Source of the DNA: a virus
Taxonomy: Duplodnaviria; Caudoviricetes
IMG/VR virus record: IMGVR_UViG_3300047509_000062
Coordinates: 1 to 63,440 of that record
DNA: 63,440 nucleotides
Strand: one strand, 5' to 3'
A program made the position numbers and the translations under genes. The notes beneath the pieces are model-generated. The model worked only from the letters and a program-made list of their open reading frames with translations, did no database searches and was not told where the DNA came from. Below, in pieces: positions 57,056-63,440 of this stretch; position 1 is the stretch's first letter; each line of letters opens with the position of its first letter.

Positions 57056-57259
57056 CTTTGCTCCCGGCTTGTAATTCCAAATAATCGGCGCATCATTACC
57101 CCGTCAGGCAGGCAAGGGCGGTTGTGTTCCTGCCTGGACTCCTTGAGTAGCCCTAGCCTGTCTGGCGAGCCTTGGCGATGGAGCGTTCGCGTATAAGCTC
57201 GCTAGCGGCCCATGTGGCAGCACCCTATTAACACGGGTTTTGAAGGCGGACGTTCTTTC

Positions 57260-57388
57260 GCTGCGGCGGCGTGGAAAGCAGACACGCCCTATAGCACTGG
57301 ATCGCGTCGCCCTGCTCGGCCCGCGACCTTAGAGGAGGTCGCCAACAACCTGGAGGCGACTAGCCGGGGTAGCGTCCGGCCCGCAGCA
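57260..57388 (+). ncRNA. tRNA-like RNA with an expanded central domain
   Basis: Acceptor GCTGCGG/CCGCAGC+A, D-like arm GCGTG/CACGC, T-like arm GCCGG/CCGGC. Confidence 0.55.
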
Positions 57389-57437
57389 TCGAATTTGCCA
57401 GCGATTCTGGCAGCGGCATTAACTCAAGGAGACAGAC

Positions 57438-57797
57438 ATGATCCGAAAACTTCTACTCGCAAGCGGGATGGCGATCATGCTGTCGGCTTGCGGAACCACA
57501 GGCGGCGGCACGGCAACAACCTGCTCGACCCCCATCTGCGTATCCGAAAAGCTCCTGACCGGCGCCCATGACGTTCATGCAGCCATCGCAACCGTAGCCG
57601 ACCAGCTCGCGGTGAGCGGCGTCCTACACGGCACACAGGCAACGCAGGTCAAGCAACTCATCGACCAATCCGAAGCGATCTTAACAACGGCTGATACTGC
57701 CGTCGCCGCAGGAAACGCAACCACCGTAGCGCAGCAAGTGGCTGAAGCAACCACTCTTGTCGCGCAGATTCAAGCCATCATCGGAGGCATGAAATGA
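57438..57797 (+). CDS. Lipoprotein
   Basis: Signal peptide with lipobox LSAC; AAGGAG RBS. Confidence 0.8.
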   Translation: MIRKLLLASGMAIMLSACGTTGGGTATTCSTPICVSEKLLTGAHDVHAAIATVADQLAVSGVLHGTQATQVKQLIDQSEAILTTADTAVAAGNATTVAQQVAEATTLVAQIQAIIGGMK

Positions 57798-58069
57798 GCC
57801 AACCTCAAGACATCGGTTGGGCCGTGAAGCAAATGCACAACGGCTCAAAGGTGGCACGCAGCGGATGGAACGGCAAGGATATGTTCCTGTTTCTCGTTCC
57901 CGGCTCGACTTTCAAGGTCAACCGTGCGCCGTTGCTAGGCATCTATCCCGAAGGAACGGAGATTGACTATCATCCGCACGTCGATATGAAAACGGCGCAA
58001 GGCTACGTTGTTCCGTGGCTTTGTTCGCAAGCAGATTTGCTAGCTATTGATTGGGAGATCGTCCAATGA
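57794..58069 (+). CDS. DUF2829 / Tad2-like anti-defence protein
   Basis: IGWAV..M.NG.KVARSGWNGKDMFL...HVDMKTAQG..VPWLCSQADLLA.DWEIV. Confidence 0.85.
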   Translation: MSQPQDIGWAVKQMHNGSKVARSGWNGKDMFLFLVPGSTFKVNRAPLLGIYPEGTEIDYHPHVDMKTAQGYVVPWLCSQADLLAIDWEIVQ

Positions 58070-58275
58070 GCGCCCTCGGAGCCATCCTTTTGCAGCTTAT
58101 CCCGCTGATTCCATCGGCAATTCCGGCGTTCGTCGGCTTCTACAACCAGATCAAGGGGCTTCTGACGCCTAGCGACCAGACAGCGATCGATCAGGCTCTT
58201 GCCGCTGCGCAATCTTCGGACGCGGCAGCGACGGCCCAAGCCGATACAGACCTCGCGGCGGCTGCGAAGAAGTGA
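58066..58275 (+). CDS. Small Ala-rich protein
   Basis: Coupled ORF. Confidence 0.6.
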   Translation: MSALGAILLQLIPLIPSAIPAFVGFYNQIKGLLTPSDQTAIDQALAAAQSSDAAATAQADTDLAAAAKK

Positions 58276-58366
58276 TTCGCTTTCTCCGTCGTCTGACCGC
58301 CAGCGACTACGGCTATCTATTTGGCCTCGCGGTCGCGTGCGGTGGTATATTCTGGCTGAGGTGGGG

Positions 58367-58543
58367 ATGAAACAGGCTCAGATCAAATGCCCATGCTGCG
58401 GCGTAAAAATCTTGGTTCGCCAGCGAGACGCAGCAGCGATCATTGCAGCCCGAAAGATATTCAAGGCTGCCGACGAAATGTTTACGGCAATGGACGCTGG
58501 ATTCAAAAAGGTTTTTGATCCATCGCTATGGCGTAAACTATGA
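58367..58543 (+). CDS. Small CxxC protein
   Basis: MKQAQIKCPCCG. Confidence 0.5.
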   Translation: MKQAQIKCPCCGVKILVRQRDAAAIIAARKIFKAADEMFTAMDAGFKKVFDPSLWRKL

Positions 58544-58776
58544 CCTGGATCATGGCCGCGATAAACTTCATCCTCGGCCTCATGGGCTATTCCAAGGGCA
58601 CGAGTGACGGTACAATCGCGGCGCAGGAAGCCGAACGGGCGGGGGGCGCGGAGCAACGTGCCTCAGACGCCACTGCAGCCGCCCAGAGCGAGGCTCGCGT
58701 GGCGCAGAGCGAGGCTCAGGACGCGGGGCAGACGAGCGCGGACGTGGACAAGAGGATTTCCGATGGCACGTTTTAG
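58540..58776 (+). CDS. Putative i-spanin (Rz-like)
   Basis: N-terminal hydrophobic segment plus coiled coil, ending in DGTF; overlaps a lipoprotein gene. Confidence 0.55.
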   Translation: MTWIMAAINFILGLMGYSKGTSDGTIAAQEAERAGGAEQRASDATAAAQSEARVAQSEAQDAGQTSADVDKRISDGTF

Positions 58777-59005
58777 CCTCCTAGCCGCTCCGTGGGCCGC
58801 GCTGGTTCTCGCGGCCTGTTCCACCCCTCAGCCGCTTCCGCCGCCGCCAGCCAAGGCGCTGTGCCTGCCTGTGGTCTCGTACAGCCAAGCCCAAGGCAAA
58901 GAGCTTGTCGCGGAGAAAAACCGCCTCCGAGACCATTCTATGATTGATCGCTATTTGGCTGGATATTCGGCGCTGCGGGATGCTGCCCGCGCGGCTTGCC
59001 GGTAG
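58763..59005 (+). CDS. Putative o-spanin (Rz1-like lipoprotein)
   Basis: LVLAAC lipobox, Pro-rich, CLPVVSYS...LRDAARAAC. Confidence 0.65.
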   Translation: MARFSLLAAPWAALVLAACSTPQPLPPPPAKALCLPVVSYSQAQGKELVAEKNRLRDHSMIDRYLAGYSALRDAARAACR

Positions 59006-59024
59006 CAGTCTCGCTCGCCTGCTC

Positions 59025-62000
59025 CTATGACGTGGCGCTGGCGGGATTGTAGCGACGGCCAAGTGCTGCCGTTAAAATATCGTGCAGGGCTTCCATTTGC
59101 TCGCGCGACAACTCAATGTCCAAAACGCCGTGGCCGACGAGCGCGCTCCTAACCTGATCGACAGGCATTCTCAGCGCGGAATAGCCGCCATTGCGCTTGA
59201 GGATAGCAAATAAAGGCGGCAACTTGTGTGATGTCATTTTAACGTCTCCTCATTCGTGGCGCTGGCGGCTGGCGGGGAGAGGGCGCGGATGGCAGATACA
59301 GCGCGTTCTAGTCCGAAGTTGAATAATGACATTGCTTCGCGGCCCCATTGATATCCGTCGGGCAACTTTGCCGTCGCTGCCGCTACAATCGCTCGCTCTA
59401 TCGTCTCGCGCTCGATGGTCGCGATCGCTGCATTGGCAATCGCGCGCCATATTGATCTGGCTTCTGTAGATTCATGCTCCCAAGCGAGCCGCGTTATCGG
59501 CTTGTCGCCAAATTCCGCTGATTTGTAGTACGCCGCGCGCGCCGCCGCTTCCAGCCTTTTCGCCAGATCGCTCATGGCTTGCTCCTCGTGAGCGCCAACA
59601 ACTTAAAAACCAGCTCCAACCCCTGTCCAGCCGCGAACCCAAACCAGAACCACGAGAAAGCGACCTTATTTGCGATGATCCACGCGCTCATCCTTCCGTC
59701 TCCTTCGTTGCAGGCGGGGAGGGGTGTGGTTTGCGAAGCTGGAATATCAGCTCGTCGATGTTCTCGAATGTGAGCGGGCGTTTTCGATCTCGCGTGCCGA
59801 GCGAATCTAGAATGCCAGCAAGCTCAAGTTTCCAAGATGGGACAGCGCCGCAATCGCACGGTCTCGCTGGTTTGGCTGGCATGTTGTGGATGGCGCAGTC
59901 GGAATCATGTTGAACCGTCATTGGAACTTCCTTTCGAGGATGGGTGGGGAGATAGGGCTGCTTTGGCGCGGACAAAATCCATGCAGGTCAGACCGTCGAA
60001 AAGCCGCGCCCCCATAGGCAATCGTAGCTTGCCTTCGTCAGTGTCTTTCACGCGCGCCGCAAACGGCTCCAGCGCCGCCCGCAGCCGTTCGATCTCGGCG
60101 CGGAGAGAGGCTATGGTGGCACTATACTCGCACACCAGCTTCGCGACTTGGAGCGCGCATGGGCCGTCGATATTGCAGATGAACTTGTAATCCGACTTGC
60201 GGTGGATCGCGTAGTATATTTCGCCGTTCTCACCGTCGTCGCGCTGATAAATCAACTTGTCGTGCGAGGCATCGAACGCTTCAACGACCCCGTCGCCAGC
60301 GATCTTTTCAAACGTCGAACGAGACAATCCTTTACCCATCACGATCTTCCATCGAACATAGACTTGAGTTTCGCATTGTTGAATGCCCAAAACGCTGCGG
60401 CCACAAGCACAACGCCAGCATGACTTCTATTCCTCACAGGCTAGCGCGACGCTTCGCGGAGATTTATATCCGACCAAACCCGCAATCTGGCGCAAAGAAT
60501 AACCGTGTTCGCGAAGCACCCGCGCCATTTCGCGGCGCGTGTCACGTTCATCTTTCCGTTGTGGCTTTGGTTCCGGCAATGAGCCAGAGCCTCTGCATAT
60601 CGGGCAAATTGTTGGGCCAGAAAGTTGGCGATGAGGTTTCATAGTGTCTCACTCCTTTTTCTATGAAGATACGGAATCGCGAGCCGCAGCATCAATCGCC
60701 GCCATCTCGTCATCGACCGCGCTAAACGCATCGGCGACAATCTGGTTGAGATTGCGGTGCCCAACTCCCGGACTCCCATTGTGCGAAACGTGCTCCCGCA
60801 ATTCCTTGATAAGCTTCGCGAGCTTCGTGGTGTGTTCATGGCGCATCTTTTGTGCTCCGTTCCCGTGAGGACGACGCGGAGTGTTACCTCCGCGTCGATA
60901 ATGTGTCAGCCGTAATTGGCAGGGCGGTAATGCTCGCTCGTGTTGCCTTCCCAGTTTTCGAGAAGGCCCCATCCCCACCAACTTCCATCGCCGGAATGCA
61001 AATGGTTGTCGTCGCGACCGAACGCGGTCATTCCCTCTTCCGGTTCGCCAACATAGTGAGTGATGTAGTCGTTGTTTTGATCCGAGACGAAGCCCGTTAT
61101 CTCCAGTCCGCGGCATTCTTTGCCAATCTGATTCGTGACAACGCTATGCACGGCGATGATTTTTGATTGAATGGCTCCAGCTTTCGGGTGTCTTCGGTAT
61201 AGTTTCAGCGTGAACATGCTACTTCTCCTGCTTCTGCTATGCGCGGAACCGCCGCGCGTCGGTTGATCATTCTCGTTCCTGCGAGGATGGGTGTGCGCGC
61301 AATGCAGATTCCCACCCGGTCATAAATGCCGCCCACAACGCCCCTTCGACATTACTTTCGCGCTGCTCAATCGGCATGACCTCGAATCGACGTTGGCGTT
61401 CAGTCGCGGTTGGGAATGGCGCAAGCTGCAAAGCCCATCCCTTGCTACGCTCGTAGGCGAATGTAGCTCTGTAAGCGTCCCACGCTTTCCGCAGATCGCT
61501 TTCGACGGGGACAGCCGTTGAGACTTCAATTTCCTCTATCGTTCCGTCAGGTCTGATGGTGACCGACGGCGGGTCTTCGCTGTTTAGCATCTTCTCAAGC
61601 CTGTCGATTTGACTCTCGCTCATGGTTTCGTCTCCTGCGTCGAGGATGGGTGGGGAGATAGAGCTTCGTCGATCTGCATGTGGATGGCAGCAAGCGTCCC
61701 GTCGAATTGATAGCCGCTAAGTGCTTGCCACTCTGGAATTGCGTCGAGGGATTTCCCGTCCTCAGAGAAATTCCCGATTTGCAGAACATCAAGCGCCATC
61801 GTTTGCAGCATCGCCTTTGCGTCTACCAGCGCCGCCCGCATCCGTTCGATCTCGGCTCCACGCGATTGTGCAACTGACAGATTGATCTTGGCTGTGTTCC
61901 GACACGTTGTCAGTTCCGCTGTGAGCCGTTCGATCTCGGCGCGGAGAGAGGCGAGTTCAGTGGCGTGGATCATTACGACTTCTGGTTCTTGTGGCAGCAT

Positions 62001-63399
62001 CACTTTCCTCGTAGCCAAATTCGTTCCGGGGTATCCATCACGTTCCTCCATCGAGCGCGGCACGACCACTCATTAGACGCTCGGTAAGATCGGCGGTTTC
62101 CAACGTGAGTCTTTTGACGCGCTCGCGTTCCTCCAAATAGCACTCGCGCAGATAATCATATTCGCCAGCACGTTGCTTCAGTTCCGCTTTCATCCGTTCT
62201 ATCTCCCCCTCAAGGGCGCGGAGGCGATCTGCGCGGACGTATTCGATGGTCTTATCCTCCACCCACAGAACGGGCGTTGGCTTCAAATTGCTGTCGTCCA
62301 CAGAGAATGTGAGATAGTCGCCCTTCATGGACTGTCTCAACAACAACCGTTCGGGCGCGTGCACTATGTCTGCCATCACGTTCCTCCATCGAGCGCGGCG
62401 AGGGCGTCTTTTGCAGCTTCTCGGAATGACGCTCGCGTTGCATCTTGGCTATTCATCATCCGCTCAAGTATCGGACGCACTTCCTCGACCACCCGTTTCA
62501 TCCGGGCTATCTCCCGCTCAAGGGCGCGGACTGTGGCCTCGCTCTTTGCACAACGCTTCGCAAATTGGTCAATTTCCTCCAGATACTTTCGCTCCCACTT
62601 ATTGCTTTCCGTCTCAAGGGCGAGGAGGCGGGAAGATGCTTTGCTAACCGTTGCAGCCCACTCCTCACGAGTATCCCACGGGATCGGCCACGCGGAACCG
62701 GAAACTGTTAATATTTGCTCGGCGAGTTTGTCCAAATCCGTCGCCTTCTCCGCCCGCGCTTCGATGGATGCGATGGAAGTCATGGTGATTTTCCCCAAGT
62801 TTTCTCGATGCTGGCGATAACCGCGCTTGGATCATCCTCGCTCATAATGAAATCGCCATCAGGTAAATCCGGCGAGCGGACAACAAGAGTAACAATCGGG
62901 TTTTTGAATAGCTCTCGGATCGCATCCAATTTCGGAGCAACCTTGCCGTACAAATTGCGCTTCTCGATCTCGGATAACATCTGTCACGCCCGTGCTTCGA
63001 TGTCGGGGAGGGTGGGAGAGGGATCGGTCATGATGTTCCTCGCGTTGGGGAAGTAACGTCAGACGGCAGAACGCCGGACGCTCGCATTGTCATCGTCTCT
63101 TTGCATTGGCTCTCAAGATCATCAAAATATTGGAGCACAGACACTTCACCGATGGCCTCGCGCTCAGCGGCGCTCATGATCTGCAAGCGCTTCACGGCAT
63201 CAGCTTTTGTGCCGCGCGCAAATTTGCGGCCCCATCCCGGATTGAACGCCATCGCTTTGTCTCCGACACGAATATATGTTCGCCAGCCTTCCACATCGTC
63301 CCAGATATTACCGAGTTCGATACCGCACCCAGCCGCCTCCGGAGACATTGCGTATTCAAAAAACGCGAGCATTTGCTGGCGAGTTTCAGCGTCGCTCAT
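59025..63399 (-). CDS. Leftward array of small early genes (59025-59237, 59234-59575, 59688-59921, 59905-60339, 60427-60642 HTH, 60661-60846, 60906-61217, 61267-61623, 61620-62000, 62038-62379, 62376-62798, 62780-62980, 63028-63399)
   Basis: Coupled ORFs sharing modules (LRAEIERL, ALSPHPSS, AALDGGT); 60427-60642 has CxxC plus GYSLRQIAGLVG HTH. Confidence 0.6.
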
Positions 63400-63439
63400 C
63401 TATTCCCTCCGCGCTTCTATGGCGTGCATCTTAATCATC
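63314..63439. repeat. Terminal direct repeat, copy 2
   Basis: Identical to 1-126. Confidence 0.95.
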
Positions 63440-63440
63440 A

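Overview
The window looks like a complete, circularly assembled tailed dsDNA phage genome of about 63.3 kb: bases 1-126 recur at 63314-63439. Morphology is probably podovirus-like (portal, adaptor rings, nozzle, ejection proteins, tailspike; no tape measure, tube or sheath seen). The host is probably an alphaproteobacterium, given the GcrA homologue. Layout: (i) a leftward early arm (59025-63399 joined to 1-7302) with RecT, HNH, DUF1367, a pentapeptide protein and many small modular genes; (ii) a rightward regulation/replication block (DUF4326, DUF5131, DUF1064, GcrA, DNA MTase, DnaA-domain proteins) followed by a highly structured non-coding region; (iii) a dif-like site and a tRNA-Gln nested in an ORF; (iv) a tightly coupled sugar-nucleotide operon (RpiB fused to an HldE-type nucleotidyltransferase, AraD-type epimerase, HldE-type kinase, cupin, transaldolase-like protein, TPR-GT9 glycosyltransferase) just upstream of the packaging genes; (v) terminase, portal, capsid, four paralogous adaptor proteins, nozzle and ejection proteins; (vi) four consecutive tailspike/accessory proteins with apparent Sec signal peptides, three of them Cys-rich; (vii) lysis genes, a tRNA-like ncRNA and a DUF2829/Tad2-like gene. 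No integrase, DNA polymerase or helicase was recognised. The best candidates for a new system are a self-contained phage protein (virion) glycosylation pathway that makes its own NDP-sugar, and an exported, disulfide-bonded tailspike module. All product calls come from motif recognition by eye, not from database searches.
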